A stretch of DNA of 63,458 bases from Anaerolineales bacterium (GTDB lineage Bacteria; Chloroflexota; Anaerolineae; Anaerolineales; E44-bin32): positions 10,895 to 74,352 of the forward strand of contig JBJYWH010000298.1 in NCBI GenBank assembly GCA_046259355.1. The letters are read 5' to 3'. The translations under genes and the position numbers were made by a program. Below the pieces are notes generated by a model. It worked only from the letters and a program-made list of their open reading frames with translations, searched no databases and had not been told where the DNA came from. This document shows positions 23,470 through 32,549 of this stretch, piece after piece. Position 1 is the stretch's first letter, and each line of letters opens with the position of its first letter.

Positions 23470-25329
23470 ATGGAGCACAACCCGTTTGCTGCACTGCTGC
23501 TGATCACCGGACTGGCTCTGGTCGTCCCGATCCTCGCCACCCGGGTACGCCGCATCGCGCTGCCGATCGTCGTGGGCGAGATCTTGGCCGGCGTCATTAT
23601 CGGCCGCAGCGGGTTCAACCTGATCGAACCTTCTCCCATCCTCGATTTCCTCTCTGAATTCGGGTTCGCCTACCTGATGTTCCTCTCGGGTTTGGAAGTC
23701 AATTTCCAGCTGCTGATTCCCGACTCGCCCCGTCAGGCCCTGGACCCGCGCAAGCCACTTGCGCAGGCTGTCCTGATCTTCCTCGGTACGCTCGGGCTGG
23801 CTTTGGGATTTTCCGCCGGGCTTCACCACTTCGGGCTGGTTGAGAGCCCGCTCCTGATGGCTTTGATCCTGAGCACAACGTCGCTCGGTGTGGTCGTGCC
23901 GGTCCTGAAGGAGCGCCAGCTGATCGGCAGCGACTTTGGCCAGGTCATGCTGGTCTCGGCATCCGTCGCCGACTTTGCCACCCTGCTGCTGCTCACCCTG
24001 GTGATCGCCATCCGCAGTAAGGGTCTGACGCTTGACCTGCTGCTGATCCCGCTTCTGCTGGTGCTTTTCATCCTGGCCGTCCGTCTGGTGCAGCGCTATG
24101 GCCGGGGTCGATTCCTGCTGCGGCTCCTGCGCGAGGTGTCAAGCGCCACAGCCCAGATACGCATACGGGGCGCCTTTGCGCTGATGGTGGCCTGGGTCGT
24201 CCTGGCGGAAGCGCTGGGCGTTGAGGTGATCCTGGGCGCATTTCTGGCCGGTGCCATCGCCGGTCTCGTAGCCGATATTGATGATGACGCCGCTCAGGAA
24301 AAATTAGATGCCATCGGCTACGGTTTCTTCATCCCAATCTTCTTCATCATGGTCGGGGTCGAGTTCAACCTGGCGGCGCTGTTCGAATCGCCGCGCGCCA
24401 TCCTGCTTGTACCGCTGCTGGCGGGAGCCGCCTACCTGGTGAAGCTCGTCCCGGCCCTGCTCCTGCGGCTCAATTATTCGTGGCGCGAGTCCCTTGCCGG
24501 CGGGATGCTGCTCGCTTCCCGTCTTTCCCTCATCATCGCCGCCGCCTCCATCGCGCTCAGCCTGGACCTGATCAACGACGCCATCAACGCCGCCGTGATC
24601 CTGCTGGCCGTGATCTCGGTCACGCTATCGCCGCTGGCCTTCAACCGTCTTCATCCGCAGCAGGATGAGTCCCGCCGGACGGGTGTGATCATCGCCGGGC
24701 AGGATCAGCTGGTCGAGTATCTGGCCGAACGGTTGGCTCCGCGCGGCGAGACGATTTACATTCTCTGTCCCGATCCGAGCCGCAGGGCTGCCTTCGAACG
24801 CCTGCCGGTTGAGATCATTTCCGACTGCACCGATCCGGCATCGGCGTTGGAATCTGCCGCTGCGGCCACTGCCCGTGCACTCGTAGACCTGACGAGCAAC
24901 AACGAGGAGACCCTCGAAATCTGCCGCCTGGCACGGGAAGCGTTCCACATCCCGCTCGTGATCTCGCGCGTCAGCGAAGTCGACCTGATCCCCCGCTTGC
25001 AGTCAGCCGGCATCAAAGTCGTCCAGCCGGCGCTGGCAACGGCGATGGCCCTGGAGGGAGCGCTGCGCTATCCAGGGTTGTTCGACGTGCTCACCAGCCA
25101 GGAAGGCGATGACCTCGACGTCATGGAGGTCCGCCTCGACAACCAGCAGTTGGCCGGGCTGCAGCTGCGGCAGCTGCGCCTTCCGGGAGACGCGCTGATT
25201 CTCAGCCTGGCACGGACCGGCGGTGTGATCGTGCCGCACGGTGAAACCCGCCTCGAGCTGGGCGACGTGCTCGGACTGATCGGCAGCCCGGGGTCCCTGG
25301 ATGAAGCCCGCTCCATGTTGAGCGGTTGA
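23470..25329 (+). CDS. CPA2-family cation:proton antiporter (Kef-type) with C-terminal RCK domains
   Basis: 619 aa. About 12 TM segments are followed by a TrkA-N-like region and an RCK_C region (DVMEVRLDNQQLAGLQLRQLRLPGDALILSLARTGGVIVPHGETRLELGDVLGLIG). Confidence 0.8.
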   Translation: MEHNPFAALLLITGLALVVPILATRVRRIALPIVVGEILAGVIIGRSGFNLIEPSPILDFLSEFGFAYLMFLSGLEVNFQLLIPDSPRQALDPRKPLAQAVLIFLGTLGLALGFSAGLHHFGLVESPLLMALILSTTSLGVVVPVLKERQLIGSDFGQVMLVSASVADFATLLLLTLVIAIRSKGLTLDLLLIPLLLVLFILAVRLVQRYGRGRFLLRLLREVSSATAQIRIRGAFALMVAWVVLAEALGVEVILGAFLAGAIAGLVADIDDDAAQEKLDAIGYGFFIPIFFIMVGVEFNLAALFESPRAILLVPLLAGAAYLVKLVPALLLRLNYSWRESLAGGMLLASRLSLIIAAASIALSLDLINDAINAAVILLAVISVTLSPLAFNRLHPQQDESRRTGVIIAGQDQLVEYLAERLAPRGETIYILCPDPSRRAAFERLPVEIISDCTDPASALESAAAATARALVDLTSNNEETLEICRLAREAFHIPLVISRVSEVDLIPRLQSAGIKVVQPALATAMALEGALRYPGLFDVLTSQEGDDLDVMEVRLDNQQLAGLQLRQLRLPGDALILSLARTGGVIVPHGETRLELGDVLGLIGSPGSLDEARSMLSG

Positions 25330-25494
25330 GGGACAGGCCTCTGAACATGGTATCACCGCAATCGTGCAGGCATCCATCACAAATCCCCTCCAACGCCACG
25401 AGCCGCATTCTCGTAGGGGCAAGTTCCATTGTGCGCCTGGCTCCTATCGCAGACGCATGCCGCCAGCGGATTCCGCACTCCTGGATGTTGGTCC

Positions 25495-25523
25495 TTGACA
25501 GCCTCCCGGCCTCGTTGTAGACT
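25495..25523 (+). promoter_or_regulatory. sigma-70-type promoter TTGACA-17-TAGACT
   Basis: TTGACA is at 25495-25500, the spacer is exactly 17 nt, and TAGACT is at 25518-25523. Confidence 0.5.
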
Positions 25524-25556
25524 GGCCAAGTATTCTCAAGAAAGGAGAGGCGCAAT

Positions 25557-25649
25557 ATGGCGAACGTATTTTGCTCATTTCTGCCGGCTGCACGCACCGC
25601 CCTCGTCGGTGCCGTAAAGCTCACGCGTAGTGCGCCTGCTCCCAGGTAG
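25557..25649 (+). CDS. 30-codon small ORF (MANVFCSFLPAARTALVGAVKLTRSAPAPR); may instead be a non-coding RNA
   Basis: AAAGGAGAGG lies 6 nt upstream of the ATG, with the promoter above and a terminator 21 nt downstream. Third-position G+C is only 18/30, so the coding signal is weak. Confidence 0.3.
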   Translation: MANVFCSFLPAARTALVGAVKLTRSAPAPR

Positions 25650-25670
25650 CGTCACCTCCAGCATTTGTGA

Positions 25671-25705
25671 CCGCGGGCGCACTCCAGCGCCCGCGGTTTT
25701 TCTTT
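25671..25705 (+). terminator. intrinsic terminator
   Basis: CCGCGGGCG (25671-25679) pairs with CGCCCGCGG (25688-25696) around an 8-nt loop, followed by TTTTTCTTT. Confidence 0.7.
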
Positions 25706-25765
25706 CATCATGGCTCGGCCGCGGATTCGCGCGACCGAGCCATGTTCGTTCAGAAGGAGTGTGAC

Positions 25766-25894
25766 ATGTTCGAAGCCAGATTCCATTCAGGTAGCGCATC
25801 ACAACGCCCTGTGCATCAAGCTGCCAGTGCCTCCGCATTGCAGCTTGAGCACACCCTCGCCGCGGCGGAGATCGCCCGGTGGAGTACAGCGTAG
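25766..25894 (+). CDS. 42-codon small ORF (MFEARFHSGSASQRPVHQAASASALQLEHTLAAAEIARWSTA), hypothetical
   Basis: AAGGAG lies 7 nt upstream. It is preceded by a perfect 10-bp hairpin (25709-25718 / 25735-25744). Its TAG stop abuts an in-frame ATG of the next ORF (TAGATG). Third-position G+C is 25/42. Confidence 0.25.
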   Translation: MFEARFHSGSASQRPVHQAASASALQLEHTLAAAEIARWSTA

Positions 25895-25960
25895 ATGCCA
25901 GCCCCCGCATGGCTTCTGCCCGGGAAGATGGCATCCGACGCGATTGACAGAAACGAGGTC

Positions 25961-26992
25961 ATGATGGATACCATACGAATACGGGAACCGATGGAGAACC
26001 TGCTCGAACGCGGCTTTGAGGTGCGGGCTGGAACCCCGCGCGACCTGCGCTACGTCGTACCCATGCTCAACCGCGCCTCGCTGGCGATGTTCGGTGCGCC
26101 GGAGTTCCGGCTCGCACGCTATCACGCAAGATGGCGTTCGCCCGATCTGGATCTGCTCGCGGATACACGCCTGATCCTGAATGCGGACGGTCATCCGGTC
26201 GCCGTGGGCGAGATCTGGCGCTTGACGGATCCCCCGGTGCACCCCACCTTCTGGTGGCGTGTTGATCCGGAATGGGAAGGCCAGGGCATCGCCAAGGCGC
26301 TGCTGGAATGGGCCTGCCTGCGGGCACGCCAATCGACGAAGGATCTGCCCGCCGGCCAGCGCGTTGCGCTGCGGGCTGTCGCTCCATGCGAGTACGAACC
26401 GGCAAACAAGCTGCTGGTTGAAGCGGATATGCAGCCGATTCGCTCGACCTGGGAGATGGCCATCGAACTGGACCAGCAACCCGAAGCACCGCAGTGGCCG
26501 GCGGGCATTCGAGTCCGGACGTTCGAATTCCCCGCCGAAATGGAGGCCGTCTACCGGGCCGAACAACAGATCTTCCAGGATCACTGGGGCTTTCTGCCGG
26601 ACCCGGATGAGCGTGGGTTCGCACGCTGGCGGCACCACGTATTTGAACAGCGCCCGTTCGATCCCTCGCTCTGGCTCCTGGCCTTCGAAGGCCAGCGGAT
26701 GGTCGGAATCTGCCTCTGCCGGCCGTACGCGGAAAAGGATCCCCGCATGGGTTGGGTTGCGTCCCTCGGCGTGGTGAAGGAATGGCGCCGCCGCGGTCTC
26801 GGGCGGGCACTCCTCCAGCATGCGTTCCGCGAGTTCTACCGGCGCGGTTTACGGTGGGTGGGCCTCGGCGTGGACAGCAACAACCTGACCGGGGCGACTC
26901 ATCTCTACCGGCAGGCCGGTATGCAGGTGATTCGCGAGTTCAAGATCTACGAACGGGAACTGCGTCCGGGCGAAGAGCTGCAGGCCGAGTAA
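25961..26992 (+). CDS. two-domain GNAT acetyltransferase (MshD-like architecture)
   Basis: The ORF-track frame begins at 25895. ATG 25961 (MMDTIRIREP) follows GAGG, and either start is possible. The second GNAT motif is VVKEWRRRGLGRALLQHAF..GVDSNNLTGATHLYRQAGM, and the first half is also GNAT-like (WEGQGIAKALLEWA). Confidence 0.75.
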   Translation: MMDTIRIREPMENLLERGFEVRAGTPRDLRYVVPMLNRASLAMFGAPEFRLARYHARWRSPDLDLLADTRLILNADGHPVAVGEIWRLTDPPVHPTFWWRVDPEWEGQGIAKALLEWACLRARQSTKDLPAGQRVALRAVAPCEYEPANKLLVEADMQPIRSTWEMAIELDQQPEAPQWPAGIRVRTFEFPAEMEAVYRAEQQIFQDHWGFLPDPDERGFARWRHHVFEQRPFDPSLWLLAFEGQRMVGICLCRPYAEKDPRMGWVASLGVVKEWRRRGLGRALLQHAFREFYRRGLRWVGLGVDSNNLTGATHLYRQAGMQVIREFKIYERELRPGEELQAE

Positions 26993-27072
26993 TTCGGCCT
27001 GCAGCATCGGGCGGTCCGATGAGCCGGCTCCATGGACGTCCCAAAACCGGCGAAAGATCCAAAGGAGAATCG

Positions 27073-27702
27073 ATGATGGCCAAAGAACGACCGAACATCG
27101 AAGCGGTGATCTGGGACCTGGGTGGCGTGATCCTTCGCACAGAAGACCAGGGGCCGCGCCAACGCTGGGAAGCCCGGCTTGGCCTCGCCCCCGGCGAACT
27201 CCACCGGCTGGTGTTCGATGGCGAACTCGGCAAAGCCGCCGCACTGGGGCTGGCGGATACCAGCGATATCTGGGCTTCGATCGGCGAGATGTTCTCCCTG
27301 CCGGCCGATCAACTGCAGGAGATGGAGCAGGATTTCTGGTCCTGCGATCGGATCGATGAGGACCTGGTGCGGTATATTCGCGATCTGCGCCTGGAGTTCC
27401 GCACCGCCCTGCTTTCGAATGCATGGCCATCCGTGCGCGATACGCTCGAGAATCGCTGGGAGATCGCCGACATCTTCGATGCCATCACCCTCTCCTGCGA
27501 AGTCGGGCTGGCCAAGCCGGACCCGCGCATCTACCAGATCTCGCTGGAGGCTCTCGGCCTGCCGGCGGAGCGGGCCCTCTTTATCGACGACTTCGAGCGC
27601 AACATCGAAGGCGCACGGCGGGTCGGAATGGCTGCCATTCGGTTTCAAACAGCGGAGCAAACCCGCCGTGAGATCGACGATCTTCTGCAGCGGACCGAAT
27701 AG
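27073..27702 (+). CDS. HAD-superfamily hydrolase (subfamily IA)
   Basis: The start is MMAKERPNIEAVIWDLGGVIL with AAAGGAGA upstream; the ORF-track frame starts at 26752. Motif I is DLGGV, and later motifs are LLSNA and FIDDF. Confidence 0.8.
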   Translation: MMAKERPNIEAVIWDLGGVILRTEDQGPRQRWEARLGLAPGELHRLVFDGELGKAAALGLADTSDIWASIGEMFSLPADQLQEMEQDFWSCDRIDEDLVRYIRDLRLEFRTALLSNAWPSVRDTLENRWEIADIFDAITLSCEVGLAKPDPRIYQISLEALGLPAERALFIDDFERNIEGARRVGMAAIRFQTAEQTRREIDDLLQRTE

Positions 27703-27964
27703 CCGTCCTGCCAGGGAAATTGCCGTTCGGGCAGCCGGCACCACTTCTTTCAGGAGAACCTGCAGATGCCAAACGCCGTGGAGTGCACTCTGAAGTCCGC
27801 TTTTCCCGTATCAACCGCATGAAACCACGATCCGGGGCACGCCTCCAGAACGTCGGTTTGCCTTTCCCCTCCCTTGAGCAGGCAACAGCCGAAAAATATT
27901 CGGGCGTAATAATCGGAAACCCTCTGAAGCCGGGTCGATCGATTCCAGATTGCTGTCTCTTCCT

Positions 27965-29239
27965 ATGAAACTGAACCCAAATCCCACCAATATTTATCTC
28001 TTCATCGAAATCGTCGCTTCAGCCATATTCCCGATGATATTTGTGGCCTCCTCGCTTTATCAAGTCACGACGGCGGGATTATCACCGCTGCAGCTCGTCC
28101 TGATCGGTACCACGCTGGAATGTTCGGCTTTTGTCTTTGAAATTCCTACGGGGGTTATCGCCGATACGTATTCGCGCAAGCTCTCCATCATCATCGGATT
28201 TTTTCTCATGGGCGTTGGATTCTTCGTTGAGGGTTCATTCCCCGCCTTTTTCCCCATCCTGGTCGCACAGGTGATTTGGGGGCTTGGCTACACCTTTACG
28301 AGCGGAGCCACGCAAGCCTGGATCAGTGACGAAATTGGTGAGGAAGAGGCCAATAAGCTCTTTCTGCGCGCAACGAGGGTTGGCCTCTACGCCTCCCTTC
28401 TGGGCATGGCCTTGGCCGCCGTCATCGGTGGAGGAAACGTTTCGCTGCCCATTCGTTGGGGCGGGTTGGGGCTCATCCTTTTAAGCATCATGCTCATCTT
28501 TTTAATGACGGAAACCGGTTTCCAGCCCACACCCCGCGAAGACCGTAACACCTGGGAGCATATGTTCCACACCTTTCGCGAGGGCATTGTCGCCGTACGT
28601 TCACGTCCACGGCTATTTTCGATTTTTGGAATCGGTCTATTTTATGGTCTTTACAGCGAAGGGTTCGACCGTCTCTGGGTCAAACACATCGTTGACACAT
28701 TCGAACTTCCCGCCCTGTTCATCGGTTCTCAGGTCGCATTCTTCAGCGCGCTGAGGGCCGTTGGGACCATCGCCACGATCATCGTCATGCGTTCCATCGA
28801 GAGAAGCCTTGACACCACCAAACCCCGGGCCATAGGACGCGCAATGTTTCTTGTGACCGGAGCGATCTCGGCAAGTCTATTTGGCTTTGCATTATCTCCT
28901 GTCCTGGGATTGGCCCTCATCGCATATCTTCTACTCAACGTCCTGCGCACCATCGCAATCCCGATGTACACCTCCTGGGTAAACCAAAAATTGGATCCTG
29001 AAACGCGTGCGACCGTCCTATCCATGTCGAGCCAGGTTGACGCGATGGGCCAAATCTTGGGCGGGCCCGGAGTAGGGTTGATAGCAAAAATGGTATCTGT
29101 GGTTGCCGCGCTTCTCACTTCAGGCCTCCTTCTGGCTCCTGCGCTTCTCCTCATTAAGCGTGCGAATGCTCAATTTGGAGCGCCGCAGGATTCTGTGCCG
29201 CGTGAATATGAAATCGACTTCCCGCCCCGTGTTTCATGA
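27965..29239 (+). CDS. MFS transporter, in a low-GC island
   Basis: 424 aa from MKLNPNPTNIY with about 12 TM segments. It has the MFS loop motif GVIADTYSRKLS. G+C is markedly lower than in the flanks. Confidence 0.75.
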   Translation: MKLNPNPTNIYLFIEIVASAIFPMIFVASSLYQVTTAGLSPLQLVLIGTTLECSAFVFEIPTGVIADTYSRKLSIIIGFFLMGVGFFVEGSFPAFFPILVAQVIWGLGYTFTSGATQAWISDEIGEEEANKLFLRATRVGLYASLLGMALAAVIGGGNVSLPIRWGGLGLILLSIMLIFLMTETGFQPTPREDRNTWEHMFHTFREGIVAVRSRPRLFSIFGIGLFYGLYSEGFDRLWVKHIVDTFELPALFIGSQVAFFSALRAVGTIATIIVMRSIERSLDTTKPRAIGRAMFLVTGAISASLFGFALSPVLGLALIAYLLLNVLRTIAIPMYTSWVNQKLDPETRATVLSMSSQVDAMGQILGGPGVGLIAKMVSVVAALLTSGLLLAPALLLIKRANAQFGAPQDSVPREYEIDFPPRVS

Positions 29240-29909
29240 TTCGGAGGCCGGGCTCGATGTGCAGAATGGCATCCTGATTTGGTACAGAAGAGATGGAATG
29301 GAAGGCGGTTACCAGGCGGTAGGGTTTACGCCGGCGCCTGGATTCAAGCACGATCGCAAGGGACAAGAAGGTTTTTTCGTGGAGAGCGGCGAAGCGATTT
29401 TTAAAGGGGAGAGCCCCCTGCCATCCTCACAGCGGCCGGCATTGCCGCGTTCGCCGGATGATCTCGCGTTTTTGCGCTGCGGCGAAAGGGCGTTCCTCCA
29501 GTCGGTCGGCGCTATCTTCATGATCGCCTCAACCTGCGAGGGATCCTCAGATGAGCCGGAGGTTGCCACAGCCAGCGAGATATGCAGCCATTTGGTGGCC
29601 TGGGGCTCCTATAAATTCACTTTAAGACACCCCCTTGCCGCGAGTCAATCACCGCTACACTTAAAAAGTTTGGTGGGGGCCCCTTTTCTGCGGCGCTGAA
29701 TACGCTATAATCGCCACGCGATCCCGCCAGAGGAAGAATGGATCCAGCACGGACTGATGATTTGAGATGCTATCCGTACAGCTTGCCAGCCTGCCGGCAG
29801 CGACGGAACGGCTGACATCTGGCTTGCCTGGAAGTCTCGCTTGTTCTCAAAGTCAAACACTTCCAGCATCCTATCGATCCGGTGCATATCACAGATGGAG
29901 TGAGCAGCG

Positions 29910-30824
29910 ATGACCCGTCGAGTGAAGCTGATCTTCAATCCGCATGCAGATCGTGGACGTGCCTGGAACATGGCCTCCGCCCTCACACCGATCATCGAGC
30001 AGCGTGGCGGCGCATCCTGGTCTGCAACCGAATATCCCGAGCACGCCACCGAATTGGCCGAACAGGCTGCCCGGGAGGGCTACGATGTGGTCGCGGCTGT
30101 CGGGGGAGACGGAACCGTTCACGAGGTGGTGAACGGCTTGATGCGCACACCAGCAGACAAGCGGCCGGCGCTCGCGGCCGTCCCGATTGGTTCCGGGAAT
30201 GATTTCTGCAACAACATCGGCATCAATCCCCTCAGCGAACAGGCCATGGATCGCGTCTTCGAGGGCCAGCCACGCCGGATCGACCTCGGCCTGATCACCG
30301 ACCAGGATGGGCGCAGCGAGTACTGGGACAACACGCTCGGCATCGGATTTGACGCCACGGTTACCCTCTACTCCTACGCCATCACCCGCCTGCAGGGCTT
30401 CTCCATGTACCTGTGGGCTGTCATCAAGACCATCATTCGCAACCATGACGCGCCGCAGATGAAAATCGTCACCGACAGCGAGCAGTTCGACGCCCGCGTG
30501 CTCATGTTCGTCGCCTGCAACGGGCCGCGAGAAGGCGGCGGATTTCATGTCGCCCCCGACGCCGTTCCCGATGATGGGCTGTTCCATTATGCGATGATCG
30601 AGCACGTTTCACGGGCGAAGATGTTCCGCCTGATCCCAGAGGTGATGAACGGAACGCATGGTCGTTTCAAGGATGTCCGGATGGGTTCCTTCCGCGAGCT
30701 TGAACTGACCTCCGAGCGTCCGGTTACGGTGCACGTCGACGGCGAGATCTTCGCCGGATTTACCTCCGAGGTAACCGGCCTGAAGATCAAGATCCTGCCG
30801 CAAGCTCTGAACGTCATCATCTAA
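29910..30824 (+). CDS. diacylglycerol-kinase-family lipid kinase (YegS/BmrU-like)
   Basis: 304 aa. It has the signature AAVGGDGTVHEVVNGL and IPIGSGNDF. GGAG SD lies upstream. Confidence 0.85.
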   Translation: MTRRVKLIFNPHADRGRAWNMASALTPIIEQRGGASWSATEYPEHATELAEQAAREGYDVVAAVGGDGTVHEVVNGLMRTPADKRPALAAVPIGSGNDFCNNIGINPLSEQAMDRVFEGQPRRIDLGLITDQDGRSEYWDNTLGIGFDATVTLYSYAITRLQGFSMYLWAVIKTIIRNHDAPQMKIVTDSEQFDARVLMFVACNGPREGGGFHVAPDAVPDDGLFHYAMIEHVSRAKMFRLIPEVMNGTHGRFKDVRMGSFRELELTSERPVTVHVDGEIFAGFTSEVTGLKIKILPQALNVII

Positions 30825-30858
30825 GGCGCACCGTACAGCTTGTTGAGCCGAAAGAGCG

Positions 30859-32535
30859 ATGCCCACACTGCTGCGCTTCCTCGAAGACCGTGACGCGGGC
30901 TACCTGCGAATCGTCGCTGAGCTGGCCGGGCTCGAGCTTCCCGAGATTGCGCGCGAAAAGCTTGCCGGATGGTTGGCCGAAGCTCTGACCGGGGAGGATC
31001 AGCTCCAGGAGCAGCTGGATTCGCTTTCACCGGATGCGCAGGCGGCGCTGGATCACCTGCTTCAGCACGGCGGACAGGTGCCTTTCGCGGACTTTTCACG
31101 CCAGTTCGGGCCAATGCGCGAGTTCGGTCCCGCCCGTCGCGATCGTGAGCTGATCTGGCGCGATCCAATCTCACCCCTGGAGGAACTGTGGTACCGGGCC
31201 TATATCGGACGTGCCTTCCTCGACACCGCCGCGGGACCCCAGGAATTTGCATTCATCCCGGATGAAATATTCACTGCGCTGGGCGCGCCTGACGTCAGGC
31301 CGGAACCCGCCGCAGGCCGCCCCGCGACGCAACCCACGCGCCTTCAAGCCGCAACCAGCGCCCTGGTCGACGATGCGACAACCCTGCTGGCACTTCTGCG
31401 GCGGCATTCGGGCGAAAAATCGATCCAACCCGATTCGTTCTCGTCCCTGGAACTTCACCACCTGCGGTTCCGCACGGCCATTTCGCTCTTGGTCACGCTT
31501 CTGGGCGAACTGAAAATTTTCGATTCGAACGCCCGATCCCTGCAGCCCGATGCTGCTCGCGAGTTCCTGCAGTCAGACCGGCCCGCCGCGCTGCGTCAGC
31601 TGCTGCTGGCCTGGTTGGATTCGCCGAACTGGAACGACCTGGCCGCCGTCCCTGGCCTTCATTCCTCAAAGGGAGGCTGGCCCAACGATCCGCTTCTCAC
31701 CCGGGCAGCCGTACTCCAATTTCTGGCCGACGTTCCGCCCGGTGTCTGGTGGGATTTCGCCTCCTTCCTCGAGGATATTCGGCGTGAGCACCCCGGTTTC
31801 CAACGACCTGCCGGTGATTTTGGCTCCTGGTACTTCCAGGATGACGAGGGACAGATCCTGCACGGGATCGAAGCCTGGGATCAGGTTGAGGGGGCCATGC
31901 TTCGGGCGCTTCTCGAACGGACGCTGCATTGGCTGGGGGCTATCGACCTCGGCTTTGACCATCCCGATGCCCCCGCCGTAGCATTCCGCCTGACGCCGGC
32001 CAGCCCGCTGCTCTTCGGAAAACCAGCAGCAATTGAAATCCAGGCCCCGGCGGGTGGAGTTGAGATTTCGAGCCGCGGCAGGCTTCGCTTCGCACGCAGC
32101 GCACCGCGTGCGCTGCGCTACCAGATCGCCCGCTTCGCCGATTGGAACGCATCCGAAGAAGGCTCCTACAGCTACTCCCTGAGCCCGAAAGCCTTGCAGC
32201 GCGCCAGGGATCAGGGGCTCCAGGTGAACCAGATCCGCTCGCTTCTGGAGGAAACGGGCGCCGAGATCCCGCCCAGCCTGATGGATGCCCTCGATCGGTT
32301 TGCTGCGCAGGGGATTGAAGCGCAGATTGAACGCCTGTGCCTCCTGCGAACCGAATCGCCGGCGGTCATGGATGAGCTGAGAGAGAACCGGTCCACACGG
32401 CGTTTCATCAAGGAAGTGCTGGGACCTCGGATTGCGCGGGTCGAGGAAGGGCAGGTCCCACGCCTGCTGGAGGCGGCCCTGCAGGCCGGTATCTTTCTGG
32501 ATAGTTATTCGATCGGTAATGCCGAGGAGGAATAA
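30859..32535 (+). CDS. helicase-associated-domain protein (XPB N-terminal / Helicase_C_3-like C-terminus), otherwise hypothetical
   Basis: 558 aa. The last ~110 aa (SYSLSPKALQRARDQGLQVNQIRSLLEE..IPPSLMDALDRFAAQG...ESPAVMDELRENRSTRRFIKEVLGPRIARVEEGQVPRLLEAALQAGIF) parallel, from memory, the N-terminal domain of bacterial XPB. Confidence 0.5.
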   Translation: MPTLLRFLEDRDAGYLRIVAELAGLELPEIAREKLAGWLAEALTGEDQLQEQLDSLSPDAQAALDHLLQHGGQVPFADFSRQFGPMREFGPARRDRELIWRDPISPLEELWYRAYIGRAFLDTAAGPQEFAFIPDEIFTALGAPDVRPEPAAGRPATQPTRLQAATSALVDDATTLLALLRRHSGEKSIQPDSFSSLELHHLRFRTAISLLVTLLGELKIFDSNARSLQPDAAREFLQSDRPAALRQLLLAWLDSPNWNDLAAVPGLHSSKGGWPNDPLLTRAAVLQFLADVPPGVWWDFASFLEDIRREHPGFQRPAGDFGSWYFQDDEGQILHGIEAWDQVEGAMLRALLERTLHWLGAIDLGFDHPDAPAVAFRLTPASPLLFGKPAAIEIQAPAGGVEISSRGRLRFARSAPRALRYQIARFADWNASEEGSYSYSLSPKALQRARDQGLQVNQIRSLLEETGAEIPPSLMDALDRFAAQGIEAQIERLCLLRTESPAVMDELRENRSTRRFIKEVLGPRIARVEEGQVPRLLEAALQAGIFLDSYSIGNAEEE

Positions 32536-32549
32536 TCCTAGGGGTCAGG

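Noticed and set aside
25557-26992. Small ORF(s) plus GNAT as a GNAT-toxin/antitoxin (TacT/AtaT-type) module
   Set aside because: The GNAT protein has two domains of about 345 aa (MshD-like), not a ~170-aa toxin. The small ORFs have no RHH/HTH-like features, and the first is separated from the GNAT gene by its own terminator.
29103-29699. 198-aa plus-strand ORF, and 29309-29569 (-), in the gap after the MFS gene
   Set aside because: The first overlaps the MFS 3' end out of frame. Neither has an SD or promoter-proximal start, and the sequences are not protein-like. I could not reconstruct a frameshifted pseudogene by hand either. The region is reported as unexplained.
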